A stretch of DNA of 58,487 bases, filler included, from Dimargaris cristalligena (taxonomy: Eukaryota): NCBI GenBank assembly GCA_003614675.1. It is 2 parts of 2 records of this genome, joined end to end, with 100 filler letters (N's around TTAATTAATTAA, not from the genome) between each part and the next. Parts side by side here need not be neighbours in the genome. Positions count along the whole stretch, not along the records: positions 29,301 to 58,487 come from ML002489.1; 1 more part is not named here. One strand, given 5' to 3'. The translations under genes and the position numbers were made by a program. Below the pieces are notes generated by a model, which made no database searches, was not told the DNA's origin, and was given only the letters and a program-made list of their open reading frames with translations. The first letter of the stretch is position 1; every line of letters starts with the position of its first letter. Positions 36,581 through 48,103 of this stretch are shown piece by piece.

Positions 36581-39559
36581 ATGCCCGAATCCGTGATAGA
36601 CCTGACCGACACCATCCTCGAGGCCTCCAGGGACACCGGTGTTCTTAACCTGGACCCCCAAGCCAATAAGTTTGTCCAACAGTTGGTCGAAGGGGTTCAG
36701 CGTCCGCTCGTCACCACCCCCGTTACTTCCCACCAAGTATTCTCCCCCAGTGGCCGTCCCCGCCGTGCCCATAAGGAGGTGAATTATGCCGAAGCTCAGT
36801 GGTTGAATCCCACCTCCGAAGAAGTAGCAACTCCTCGGAAGACCCGCGGCTCCCGAGGTCGTGGGAGGGGCCGCGGAAGATCTACAGCCACCCCCCGTCA
36901 GTCTAGTAGGGTTCTCGCGCGAAAGAACTCGGCTGAGTCGGAGGAAACGGTGGCGGCATCGGCGGCCGGCGATATATCACCTGAGAATCCGGACTCGGCT
37001 GCCATGGCCTGCGATAAATCGTCGGCTACCCCACGGCCTATTAGGGTACCCCCCAAGCCCATGGAACTCATATGGTCCAAGCTGCCAACTGTCGATCTCC
37101 AAACCGCCCAACGGGAAAATGCCGCAAAATGGCACGAGTACATGCGTAGTATTGCCCATATAAAACTACCTTGCCATTCCAGAAGTCAGTCGGTATTCGA
37201 AGTGTATACGCCCCATACCCCAATACCCATACATATGGACAAGTTTGATTTTTCGACTGTCGTTCAAAGTGGGTCATGCCTAGCGTCTAAAATCCACTTA
37301 TTCCCGCAGTGCCGCACATGTACCAACCGGAAAGGCGATGTTTGCCGTTTTCAAGGAATCCGTGTATTCCGTGATTCGGACCAGGGCCTTGAATTCGGCC
37401 CCTACTTTCAATCCCAGCCAAAGTTATCCATGCAACCATACCAGGCCTGGTGCCCGGTCCGGCGAGATCCCTCCTCTCAGACTGACCACCCCAACGAAGT
37501 TTATCTCCAGCGCCTTACCAATGCGGCTATGCACCAATTAGTCACCCACCAACTAGCATTTTGCGACGATCCCACATCCCCTAGTTACTTGAGGGTTATG
37601 GCTGGATCGCGTCAATCGTGCGATCAGTGTCTCACATCAATCTTTAACGGCTTCTGGCTATGTTCCGCGGCCGGTTGCGAATACTGTGAAAATTGCTATC
37701 AGGACCTCACCAAAAGCCCGCAAATCCAGTCCAAGTCGACTGCCACCCATAGCACCCCCGAGTCTGATAGCAAAAGAGAATCGGCAATGGATCTTCTGGT
37801 AAATTGCAAGAAAGTCGTCGGCAAGGTTCGGTATTCGCATATTCCCGAACAAATGGTCCGAGTGCGTCGCCTGGACTTAGACGACCTTCGCCAGACCCAG
37901 ACGGCCATTGAAAGTCGAATGAATCAGTATTCCACTTTACCTCCGCTGATATCGGTACCCGATTCACTTCCCGAGGGCATCTACCGGGTGCCCGAAAGCG
38001 AGACTTCCATATCGTACATCCGAGGCGACTACAATGTCTTCTCCCGTGAACTATTCCAGGCCATCTGGCGGGAAGGCCGTCCGGTGGCCGTCGAGAATCT
38101 CCTGGGCCGGCTGAACCTTCCCTGGGATCCTGCCCATTGGCAAAACCAGCCGATTCAGGACGATATCCAGATTATTGATTGCTGCACCGGTTTGATCGTA
38201 CAGCAGCATCAATCCTTGGCCGATTTTTTCCGCGAATTCGATAAACTAGATGATTCGATTTGGTCTACAAGGGCCCCCACCCCGCCCCCCCAGGAAGCCA
38301 CTGACGAAAACGAGTCCGCAATGGATCCTGCCACTGATAAGCCAGATACCACCGGTACCGACCTGGGGCAAGACCAGCAACCCCCTCCTCTTCCGCAAAT
38401 GACCCCGTTTGCCAAGATGTTACGACAAACACATCAGGTGATCCCTAAAATCAAAGACTGGCCCCCCAACGCCGATTTTAAAGACGTTTTCCCGGACCAT
38501 TTCGCCGATTTCATGCAGGCCCTTCCCTTTCCCGAATATACTCTCCGCGATGGTCAGCTAAACCTGGTCAGTCGACTTCCGGGCTGCTTTATTCCCCCCG
38601 AACTTGGGCCCAAAATGTATATCGCGTACGCCTCCAGCGATCAACCTGGGAGTAAAGGAACCACCAATCTCCATCTGGATATGGCCGATGCCATTAATCT
38701 GATGGTATATAGTCCACCGGTTGACGATCCCACCGGCCCTGATGCACCACCCGCCGCGGCGGTCTGGGATATCTTCCCGTTCGAGGATTTGCCCAAGATC
38801 CGCAATTTCCTCCGTAACCGGGCGCAAAGGCTGAACATAAGCTTTGACGATCCTATCCACGACCAGTCCATCTACCTTCACACGGGGCTGCTGGCCCAGC
38901 TGTTCGAAGAGGAGGGGGTCCGACCCTGGCGCGTCCTGCAAAACCCCGGGGACGCCGTGTTTGTGCCCGCGGGCTGTGCCCACCAAGTATGTAACTACGC
39001 CAACTGCATCAAAGTGGCCATGGACTTCGTCAGCCCCGAGAACATCAGCCGGTGCTACCAGCTCACCACCGAATTCCGACTCCTCAAACACCGTCACCTT
39101 CGCAAACCCGATTTACTGCAATTGCAGAGTATCCTGTACCACGCTTGGCTGGACTCTGAAGTGGTCATGAGCGAACAGTTGGAGGATTGGCAACGGGCTA
39201 CGCAAGCCCCACCCGCGCCCCTACCCCCGTCATCCGTAACGGCCCATAAAAATGCCAAACGCAAAACCAGGAGCAGTTCAACTACGGGTGACCACGAGGA
39301 GGATACTAATGATTCGCAGGTGGTGGGTGAAAACAACAGCGAAAGGGGTAGCCCACCTCCGGCCAAAACACCCCGGAAACGAGGTCGTCAACCTAAGTCC
39401 ACCCTCTCTTCCACTTCCACTCCCACATCGACCCCTGCCGTCAGTACCCCTCCGACTAATGGTAGGGGCAATCCCACTAGGCGACGGAAACGCTCGGCTC
39501 TAAGCATCGACTCGGATGGCTCCTTTAGTACGTCGTCGTCGCCTCCCGATGTGTCATAA
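36581..39559 (+). CDS. KDM3/JHDM2-like JmjC histone (H3K9) demethylase, intronless
   Basis: CRTC..CRFQGIRVF; zinc finger CDQCLTSIFNGFWLC..CENCY; FQAIWREGRPVAV; JmjC core KIKDWPPNADF, ALPFPEYT.RDG.LNL, ELGPKMYIAY, GTTNLHLDMADAIN (HxD), DPIHDQSIYL, QNPGDAVFVPAGCAHQV, IKVAMDFVSPEN. Confidence 0.92.
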   Translation: MPESVIDLTDTILEASRDTGVLNLDPQANKFVQQLVEGVQRPLVTTPVTSHQVFSPSGRPRRAHKEVNYAEAQWLNPTSEEVATPRKTRGSRGRGRGRGRSTATPRQSSRVLARKNSAESEETVAASAAGDISPENPDSAAMACDKSSATPRPIRVPPKPMELIWSKLPTVDLQTAQRENAAKWHEYMRSIAHIKLPCHSRSQSVFEVYTPHTPIPIHMDKFDFSTVVQSGSCLASKIHLFPQCRTCTNRKGDVCRFQGIRVFRDSDQGLEFGPYFQSQPKLSMQPYQAWCPVRRDPSSQTDHPNEVYLQRLTNAAMHQLVTHQLAFCDDPTSPSYLRVMAGSRQSCDQCLTSIFNGFWLCSAAGCEYCENCYQDLTKSPQIQSKSTATHSTPESDSKRESAMDLLVNCKKVVGKVRYSHIPEQMVRVRRLDLDDLRQTQTAIESRMNQYSTLPPLISVPDSLPEGIYRVPESETSISYIRGDYNVFSRELFQAIWREGRPVAVENLLGRLNLPWDPAHWQNQPIQDDIQIIDCCTGLIVQQHQSLADFFREFDKLDDSIWSTRAPTPPPQEATDENESAMDPATDKPDTTGTDLGQDQQPPPLPQMTPFAKMLRQTHQVIPKIKDWPPNADFKDVFPDHFADFMQALPFPEYTLRDGQLNLVSRLPGCFIPPELGPKMYIAYASSDQPGSKGTTNLHLDMADAINLMVYSPPVDDPTGPDAPPAAAVWDIFPFEDLPKIRNFLRNRAQRLNISFDDPIHDQSIYLHTGLLAQLFEEEGVRPWRVLQNPGDAVFVPAGCAHQVCNYANCIKVAMDFVSPENISRCYQLTTEFRLLKHRHLRKPDLLQLQSILYHAWLDSEVVMSEQLEDWQRATQAPPAPLPPSSVTAHKNAKRKTRSSSTTGDHEEDTNDSQVVGENNSERGSPPPAKTPRKRGRQPKSTLSSTSTPTSTPAVSTPPTNGRGNPTRRRKRSALSIDSDGSFSTSSSPPDVS

Positions 39560-39854
39560 ATTTTCCCGGGTGGTGGATTTTCCTTCGGAAATGGCATCCT
39601 GTTTTTTATACGCCCCCCTTGGTGGATTTTTTAAACCACCTTCCATCACTACTACTACCACTACACCTATTGTTTTTGTCCTCATACCTCTAGTTTCTGT
39701 GCAGTAAATGGTTTATTATGAATTTGTCCGACTATCATTAGCTTTTTTTTATATTTAATATTGGCACCGCTCCAGAGATTTTAGAATTATTCGGTCTTTT
39801 AATTTGTTTCTATTAGACTGTATTATAAGGATCTGTCAGGGCAAATATACTACT

Positions 39855-39881
39855 ATTATTATTATTATTATTATTATTATT
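39855..39881. repeat. (TAT)n microsatellite
   Basis: About 9 uninterrupted TAT units between the convergent JmjC and PMI40 genes. Confidence 0.9.
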
Positions 39882-40245
39882 TGCACTCTCTAGCACTCTG
39901 CTTTAACGACTCTTTAGTTTCATTGATCATTAATTTATATTAAATTTCGCAAACGATTGAGGACACTGAGTAACTAACTGTGGGTTGGTGGTTCATTTAG
40001 GATGGTATTGAACAGGGCCCTTCTTGGACAAAATCAGGAATCCCTTGGTTTTGGACTAAGGGCCGCAAAGTATAAGTAAGCAGTGTAGCGTACCAAATGA
40101 GGAAGTATGTATGTATGCTATTATGAACAGCTGCTAAGGTAAAAATAAGAAAATAAACAAGAATCCAGTGAGCTTGACACTCATAAAATCTAATCAGTGG
40201 GTAAATAAGGGGGGAGGTGAGTAACAAGTTCCGAAATAGCCAAAA

Positions 40246-41619
40246 TCAATGCTCCACGGTACAGAAAGCGCGGTAGAAAACCAGATCGGTGTTGTCCGCG
40301 GCGAGATTGGTGATGGATATAGGGGTATCGGCACCCACAAAGTAGACAAGGCCGGGCTGCAGAAGATGGGGGGTAGTGGTGTGTTCACCGAGTACCCCGC
40401 CTCCCATTGCGATCTGTCCCTGGCCTTCCGTCACTAGAATAATCGAGGGACCGGGAATGGGGTCTAGCTCATGGCTAATTGCGGAACCACCGGAGGCCAC
40501 ATTGACTCTAGCCACAGTAAATTCGGGGATGGGTGGGTCGTAGACGGTGACGTGGACCTGGGGATCACTGCCGGCGGGGGCCGGAGTACCCTCCATGATA
40601 TGATCCTGGGCCTCACCGTACGTGTAGGTTAGCATATTGACCAGGGTATTGACGTCGCGGAATTTCGGGGTAAGCCCAGCGCGGACCACATTATCGCTGG
40701 TGGCCATGCATTCAATGCAGTCTCCGAACAGGTAGGCGTGGGGCTCGTTGGCGCCCAGGAAGATGGCTTCACCGCGGCGGAGGCAGAAGTAGTTGAGCAC
40801 GAAGATGCACAGACAACCCACGTCACCGGGGTACTGGTGGTTGAGCCGGCGGAGCAGCTCCAGGATATCGACGGGGTGGTCGGCGGGTTGTTTGATGGCC
40901 AAGAGGGCGTCGATACACTGGCGTACGGGTTCGGGTTCCTGGGTCATGAGGCCGTGGAAGAGGGCCTGTAGGGCCTCCCGACCGCGCTGGCGATGCTGGT
41001 CCGCTTGGAGATGCAATGGAGTGACCCCTTCGACTTCAGTCGCCGCGGCATCTTGGAGGTCCTGAACGATGGTTTCGCCGAGCAGTTCGGCCAGGGGCGG
41101 GTAGTCCCGGAGGAACCGCACAATCACGGGGAGGTTCCGGAAACCGCAGAGCATCTCAAAGGGGGTTAAACCGATGGCCATTTCGGGCTTATGGTTGGCG
41201 TCCTTGTAGTGCTGCGGGAATTGGCGGTGGAGCTGTTCGGCTAGCTGTTTGTCCGGGTGGGCCTGGATCGAAAGGGCCTGGGCGACGGAAAGGACCTTGA
41301 AGAGAAAGGGGAGTTCGCCGCCGAACTTTTCGTAAATGGGAGAGCCGAGGAGCACCCGGGCGTTGCTGTTCAGGGCCAAATAGGAGGCCAGGGTGGGGGC
41401 ACTGGCACTGGTAGAGTTGTTGGTGGTGGTCTCCCGCAGCCGGGAGGGGGCGTTGGGATGGGTGCCCATCCAGAGCTCGGCGTAGGGTTGGGAGGGGTCA
41501 ATGGCCACGCCATTGTTTTCGACGTACTGGGCGACTAGACTGGCGGAACCGACTTTTCCCCAGGCGTAGTTCTGGGCCTGGCAGTCGAGCCGGAAGAGGC
41601 GTTGGGGTTCGGCGAACAT
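40246..41619 (-). CDS. PMI40: Mannose-6-phosphate isomerase (type I PMI), intronless
   Basis: QNYAWGK, PYAELWMGTHP, LPFLFKVLSV..ALSIQAHPDK, YKDANHKPEMA, GEAIFLGANEPHAYLFGDCIECMATSDNVVRAGLTPK. Confidence 0.97.
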   Translation of the reverse strand: MFAEPQRLFRLDCQAQNYAWGKVGSASLVAQYVENNGVAIDPSQPYAELWMGTHPNAPSRLRETTTNNSTSASAPTLASYLALNSNARVLLGSPIYEKFGGELPFLFKVLSVAQALSIQAHPDKQLAEQLHRQFPQHYKDANHKPEMAIGLTPFEMLCGFRNLPVIVRFLRDYPPLAELLGETIVQDLQDAAATEVEGVTPLHLQADQHRQRGREALQALFHGLMTQEPEPVRQCIDALLAIKQPADHPVDILELLRRLNHQYPGDVGCLCIFVLNYFCLRRGEAIFLGANEPHAYLFGDCIECMATSDNVVRAGLTPKFRDVNTLVNMLTYTYGEAQDHIMEGTPAPAGSDPQVHVTVYDPPIPEFTVARVNVASGGSAISHELDPIPGPSIILVTEGQGQIAMGGGVLGEHTTTPHLLQPGLVYFVGADTPISITNLAADNTDLVFYRAFCTVEH

Positions 41620-42379
41620 GGTTGAGTCGACGCGGGAAATAGAAAAGGGGAATGGAGAGACAATGGGGGGTGAGGTTATAGCTAAAGAATAAGAGAAAAG
41701 AGTCGTGGACCAGCGGAAGGTTCAGGAAGGAAGAAGGAAATAGGTGGGAACGGTCCTAAACCACGCTGGTGTTTCAGTAGGGCGGGGCAGGAAAGACAGT
41801 CTCACGTAGTAAGGACAGGACAAGGAGTGAATGCGCATTTAGTAGTGAGGTCAATGAGAGCGAGCGGCAATCATTAAGTAATATGCCTTTTTGGGCCGTC
41901 GTTAGCGCCGGTCGCAGTCTTTGTTTGGTTTCCTCTTGACGAGCAGGAGACTGGTCGACGACCTTGCTCTGCTCTACTCAGCTGACTGGGTATCGTTCGG
42001 CTCGTGCACTTTTTTGGGTTTCATTCTCCGCTTGGATAGATGAGCCTCTTTACTTCTATTTCATTTTATTTTATTCTATTTTATTTATATATGCCCTTCT
42101 CTCCCCTACTAAACCCCCTCTAGCCTCCCATTTCGCACTTGCATAGCCCTACGGCAATATCTCCACAAACACATACTCCTTGTTTTACTGTTATTATTAT
42201 TATCCCCTCCAGGTGAGAGAACCCGTCCACAGCCGCGTCCCATCTCGCTGGAATCGGCCCAGCGCCCACTGCTAATGCCCATTGGCCCCCAACTCCTTAC
42301 CCAGCGCGCATGCATCGCCGTACTTAATCGTCTAATTCACACTCTCACGTCCACTGCTCCGCCTTTCCCATCCCGCCCG

Positions 42380-44223
42380 ATGCCTACCGCTGCTCTATGC
42401 CCGCGGCCCTCCTCCCCTACCGGTCGGGCCTTCAAAGTGGCCCGAATCGCTCTGCTCTCCCGGGTCATTGTGATTGTCTTGGCCGTCCTCTCCAACCTCT
42501 TTGTGGATGATTATGACTCCTCCTTCGATTTGGTATATGATACATCCCATACCCGGACCTACTCCCCCAACTGGTCCAAAATGCCCCTTACCGACGGGCC
42601 CTCGGCTAATCTAGTGCGGTTGACGCCATTGAATCCAGTAAGCACATCCCCCGACGGAAATTCGCATTCGGACCCGCGGCTCCCTGAGGTATGCCCCCCT
42701 CCACCCCTGGCCATTACTTACTCGTCCATATCTGATCAATACCCGCCCACGCCTCTGGCTGGCCCGGATATTGGGTACTGGATGTCTATTACACCCTTGT
42801 GTAACATACCTTTGGTACCTGGTCCCACTGTACTCACACTATTCAATTTGGCTCATTACGCTACTACCCCAACCCATACCATTCCATGCCCTAGCCGCCC
42901 GATACCATGGCTTCGCACTTGCGTCAGTCCACGGGTACGATCTCAGCGACCGATGATCACTTTAACCATGACCCCGCACCACTCCGCTACTGGCTTAAGC
43001 CCTGGCTCCGGGTTTTCGTACGCTGGGATGCCATTTACTTTGTCCACCTGGCCGAGGAGGGCCACTACATTTACGAACAGGAACACGCCTTTTTCCCCAT
43101 GTTACCCATGCTGATGCGCTTTTTTGCCACCTACGTCTTGTTCCCGTTAATACCCGCCCTAGGGTACCGCATCACCATTATTTTAGCCGGCATCCTGGTG
43201 TCGAATGCCGCCTTCGTGGGATCGGCCGTGGCCCTCTACCAACTGGGATGCGAGGTAGTGGGGAACACCAGTTTAGCCTACCTGGCCGCCCTCTGCTACT
43301 GCTTCACCCCTTCCAACGTATTCATGTCGGCCATCTACACTGAAAGTTTGTTCGCACTGTTTAGTTTCGTCTGTCTACGCCTAGTAGCCCGGCGCCGGTA
43401 CCTAACTGCAGCCTACTTCGTATTCCTCAGCTCCCTAACCCGGTCCAATGCCATCACCTATTGTGGGTTTTTTCTATACGACTTCCTGGTTCGTCCATTA
43501 CGGCGGGTCCGACCCCAGCTTAGCTGGCTAGTCGGGTATCTCTGGGGTTCCTTCCGGGCCGTCTTCTACTGCCTGGTGGCCCTGTCCGGTCTAGCCCTGT
43601 TCCAGGTTTACGGGTACCAACTCTACTGCACCTCCCCCCTAGTAGATCGGCCTTGGTGCCACCACCGGATACCACTCATGTATAATTTTGTGCAGAGCCA
43701 CTACTGGAACAACGGATTCCTTAAATACTACGAGCTCAAGCAGATCCCCAATTTCCTTTTCGCCAGTCCCATGGTGATTCTGTCCTTCGCCGGGATTATC
43801 AGTTACGCCCGGTACGATTGGCTCCGATTTCTTACCGTCGGGTTGTGGCAGGGTGCACCCAGCGACCTAATCCAACGATCTTCCGGAACCACCACCACCA
43901 CACCTCCTCCTTCTCCGGCCACCCGTAAGACGGAAGTGTCCCCTTATTTCCGCGAATCTTTATTACCCCATGTTTATCTATGGCTTGTCATGTTGCTCTA
44001 TACCCTATTGAACATGCACGTCCAAATCATTACCCGGTTTTTCTCTTCCCAGCCCTTGGTCTATTGGTACTCCGCCCACTTGTTCCTCCAGTCCGATCAG
44101 ACAGCCGCGTCGAGCCGGAAGGGTCAGCGTCTGACCGGTTCCGCCACCTGTCTACTGTATTACTATTCCCTTTACGGCTTCATCGGCGTCGTACTATTTA
44201 GCAATTTCTTTCCTCCTGCTTAA
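42380..44223 (+). CDS. GPI18: GPI mannosyltransferase II (PIG-V/Gpi18); 2 exons
   Basis: N-terminal TM segment followed by DDYDSS. Intron from 42638 (GTAAGC) or 42689 (GTATGC) to 42894 (CCTAG), phase 0 in both cases. Motifs RWDAIYFVHLAEEGHYIYEQEHAFFP, FMSAIYTESLF, RSNA, YNFVQSHYWNNGFLKYYELKQIPNFLFASP, MHVQIITRFFSS, FSNFFPPA. An upstream in-frame ATG at 42275 is an alternative start. Confidence 0.93.
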
Positions 44224-45432
44224 TGGGGGAGATATCCCCACCACCACCCGTCCCTTCAGGGATTCGAGGGAAGACGGAAGCATACATGCCCAACCATTAC
44301 ACGCAGACTAGCGAGCATTCCTAAGGCCCAACCCGTGTCCTTCTCTTCTCATCCTTGGTCACTTCTTTTTGTTTGCGCTTTCTTTTTACCCCTCATATCC
44401 ATTCACCCGTTTGCGTTTAACCATGCTATTTTATGATCAATTATCCACTACCACCACCACTTGCCATCCTTCGCCATAGACCAACTTTGTTAATGCCTTT
44501 CATATAGTTTTTTTTACTTTGCCTTCGTTGTATCGCTTTTCGTATTTTCCTCTTCTTTTTTTCCTTGGGGTTGGTTTCGTCATCCATTAATTTTCCGGTG
44601 GTCCGTGGAATCAAGTATACGCGTCGGCGGTTCCAAGTGATCTTGTCGCCATTTAAAAAAACATCCCTCGGTGAAATCATATGTAGCAGCAGCTACAGAG
44701 CCATGGCATATCGATGTCGAACAGCTTATTACCAATTTTTTACCGATGCGACTATATATATAGTATTTCATTATTCGTTTGGTTATTTATCTCAAATGTT
44801 TTTTTTTTTTCAATTTCTTACCCGACATTTACCAGCCTATTTATTCACTATTGACTTGCTCTAATCCCGCACCCGTTGTGTAGCATCGGGTCGATTTCCA
44901 TCATGCGACCGCCCTTCTAGCGAAGGGGAGGTATACGGGGGGACAGTCATGTAAATTATTTCTAAAGTAACAATAAATGATTTTTAACCACATTCGACGA
45001 TAGACGGGCGATTTCAGTTCCCTTCCGGTCAAATTATTTCAGTAAGAGGTCTCATTAGCCCGATAACATAGTCGGCTAGTCAGTCACTTCAGCCTGTGGT
45101 ACTTGTTGGTATGGACAACCAGTCTGGTTTATTTTACCAGGTAATTTACCAGGCTATACACTTATTTTTTGGCATTGTCCAGAAAAAACAAATGACCACC
45201 ATAATTAAATGGTGGGCCCAGAAAGGCTGACGGAGTAGTTGATCAAGACATTTTTTAAAATTAATCATAGGAGGGGGGGCGAAAGTGCGGGAGAGTAAAA
45301 GGACTAATCCACATTGGCGAACTGGCAATAAAAAACCGAGCGTATTTACATCGTCAGTATTAACGACCTTCCGAGTACAGAAAATGTGAATCCACGACAT
45401 GGCTCCCAGGGTCCATTGGCCCAAATATGGAT

Positions 45433-48103
45433 TTAATCATCTAATAAAAAGTCCTGAATCGACGCTTTCATGGCCTCCGAACTCATCAGGGCCCCTCCTG
45501 TCCCGTGTTCCTCCGTTAAGCCGAGCTGGCCCAACCCCGCGATGGTCTCCTCGAAATAGGTGGGGGGCACTAGAGTGGGTAAATCGACACCGGGCGCCAA
45601 CTCGCTGAGGGTGTTTTGGCAGGCGTAGCACAGATGGGAAGTCAAGTTGAGCGTGGACGGGCTAGAAGGGCCCTGCGCATCCTTCGTCGATTGGCTATCC
45701 GTATTTGTCCGCACTGTAATGTCGGACTTCCATTGCGGAATGTCGGTTTCCACGGGCCTGGAGGGTGGGAATTAGTAAATGATGGGGGGGGAGGGCAGGG
45801 ATTCAGTAAGTAGGGCGAGTGGGGGAAATGAATGACTATCACCTGAATAACATTCAAAATAAATTGATATATATATATAATGTTTCTGCAGTACTTACAT
45901 CAAGCACAGCAGGCATTGCTTTCGGAGATCTAATCCATCCCTGGGGGTTAATTTGGCTGCCGTCCGGGTAACAGCGCTGGTCGTCGAAGGGAAATCGCGA
46001 TCCAAGCCAACGATAAAATCTAGTCAGGATAATTGCGATAAGGGTTGGGTGGGATTTTAATAACTGTGTCCCATTTACAAATATTATTGGCCGATTTAAA
46101 CAGCCAGTTGTGCCCACCGTCATCACCAGAGGAAACAGGAGGGAACATCCTATGATTGATGATGCAGCAGGGGATTCTCGGAGTAAACTCAGAAAAAAAC
46201 ATAGGTGCTCTTACCTTCAGTTAATCTGTCGATACTGGCCTTCACCGGGAGACCAGTAGTGAAGGACGGCGGAGTCACTACTTCTAGGCGGTGGAAATGA
46301 TTATAGAGCCCCGGCTCTTTGACGATGCACTCGCGAAGGGGTCGGATCAAATGAAGGTCTAATTATTTCAAAAATGGGGCAGACATGCAAGGAAGGCAAT
46401 CAGGAGTAGATGGGTGAGTCAAAATATAACCCAGTAATCCGAATAATCTTTAAGACCAGGGTTAATCCGTCTCTGGGGAATGAATGGGCCAACATGAAGG
46501 CTCAAATATTAGCCACACCTACCTTTAAACCATTGCGAACCGTCACCAAGTTCGACGGGCAGAGAGTAGCCCCGGCCCCGGCTAGTAAGAGCAATCACCC
46601 GGATGGCCAGCCGGGTGCAGGTGTCACCGAGGAAAACCAGCTCGCAGCCGTGTTGGCGGGCTCGTTGGAGCAATAGGCTGGTGCGCAGATCAGCCAAGAG
46701 TTCTTCCTTGGCCGTTAGTTTCTTGGTGGCGGCGAACAGGGCCTGCAATTTCGCACGGAATGACTCCTCGGACCGGCTTAGCGTAAACAAATACTCTATA
46801 GATGGGTGTATTTAGGGTAAGTGTGGTGTATGGTTAATATTAGAAAATATGGGTGATTCGACCAGGTGAGGGAGGTAAATGGGTACGCGGTTTAAAAATT
46901 GATTTGATTTAATGGGGGGCTTACCACTGTCGACATAGCTGCTCCCTTCGTTGATCCGCAGGAGTGGGGCAGGGATGCTGTCGTTTGATTCCGTATCGCC
47001 CACATGAAAAGCACTTTCAAGTGGCACTTCATCGTATGTCGGACCGTCATACGCCTCAACCATTCCTCGAAGAATATCCGCATTACCGGTCTAGGGTAGG
47101 CGATGCGATCAGCCGTAAATCAATAATCCGGTTTTATGAAAATGCCATACGGCTGGTTAGGTCGGGTGGGTGTGTGAACGCAATACACGTAATGAGTGGG
47201 GTTGTGACCATGGGTCATGTATGGGATTCGTGGCATACCATATTATATACTTACAGAGTTGGGGAAGAGGGCGCTCTCATTGATGTGACAAACAATGAAT
47301 TTTTCGAATTTTTGGTTATTGGCAGTGGGGTAGTCCAGTTTGCTGAAATTATAGACCAGATCAAGCAGGGCTCTGTAGAGGGGGGTGGATGGGTATGTGA
47401 GGGATGCGGGGAATACATAGTGGGATTAGAACGAGATGCACCGCACCGGCTTTTATCGGAGCAGCTAATTTGCAAGCCTGGTGTTTTAGATGGGCGACGA
47501 ATGTCTGGTGCATTACACGTTTCGGATAATTCTGGTTCAGGAGATCACTTAACCTGGACGAAGTGCCTCCGGAGAGGGCTAGAAAAACCCGGGGTTTACG
47601 ACGCGGGCTTAGCTTCAGGGCCTTGCCGACCTGGGCACGGAATTTGTTACCAAAGGCGACTTCAAAGCAGGGTCTGTGTGTGTGTGGAGAGGGGGGGGGT
47701 TGAATTCAATGTGTAATTTGGGGCATGGATGGGATCATTAGCCTGGGTGAAGAAGATACGGATAGTTGGGCAATCGCCAATGTACCAATGGCCTGGTAAG
47801 AAGTAGTGATATTCAGATAACTTACTGGCAATAATAGGTATGTCTGGACTTTAAAGTCGGCTTGGCCACGTTGCACTTATGGCAAATATGGTTGTTGCGC
47901 TTAGGCAACCGACCTATATGGGGAGTTGGGTATGGGGCATTGGTAGAGCAAATGGACGACACTTTCGTTAAACCGACTGGTCGGGTTTGTGTGGAATGGG
48001 TGGTTAGAGGCATAGTAGGGTCAATGGGAAATGGTTGGACGCGAATGTTATTCGGCAGCAGCACCCCCTTACCTTGGGAGACGGGGGGGTTCACGTCGCA
48101 CAT
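45433..48103 (-). CDS. NCS2: Cytoplasmic tRNA 2-thiolation protein 2 (Ctu2/Ncs2); about 9 exons
   Basis: MCD start; CHKC..YYCQPCF; VFLALSGGTSS; ARQHGCELVFLGDTCTRLAIRVIALTSRGRGYSLP; IRPLREC; SIDRLTEDFIVGLDRDFPST; CLLC; LCYAC; IQDFLLDD. Exons approx. 48103-48073, 47913-47826, 47673-47553, 47373-47255, 47090-46926, 46796-46523, 46358-46215, 46019-45899, 45757-45433. Confidence 0.9.

Noticed and set aside
42275..43114. Programmed frameshift between the two overlapping GPI18 ORFs
   Set aside because: A canonical phase-0 GT..AG intron joins the two frames.
46964..47716. 250-aa plus-strand ORF
   Set aside because: Antisense to CTU2 exons and introns, GTG start, no motif.
16375..48103. Link between tRNA-Lys(UUU) and its thiolation factor CTU2
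   Set aside because: About 29 kb apart, across the artificial gap, and tRNA-Lys genes are typically multicopy; likely coincidence.
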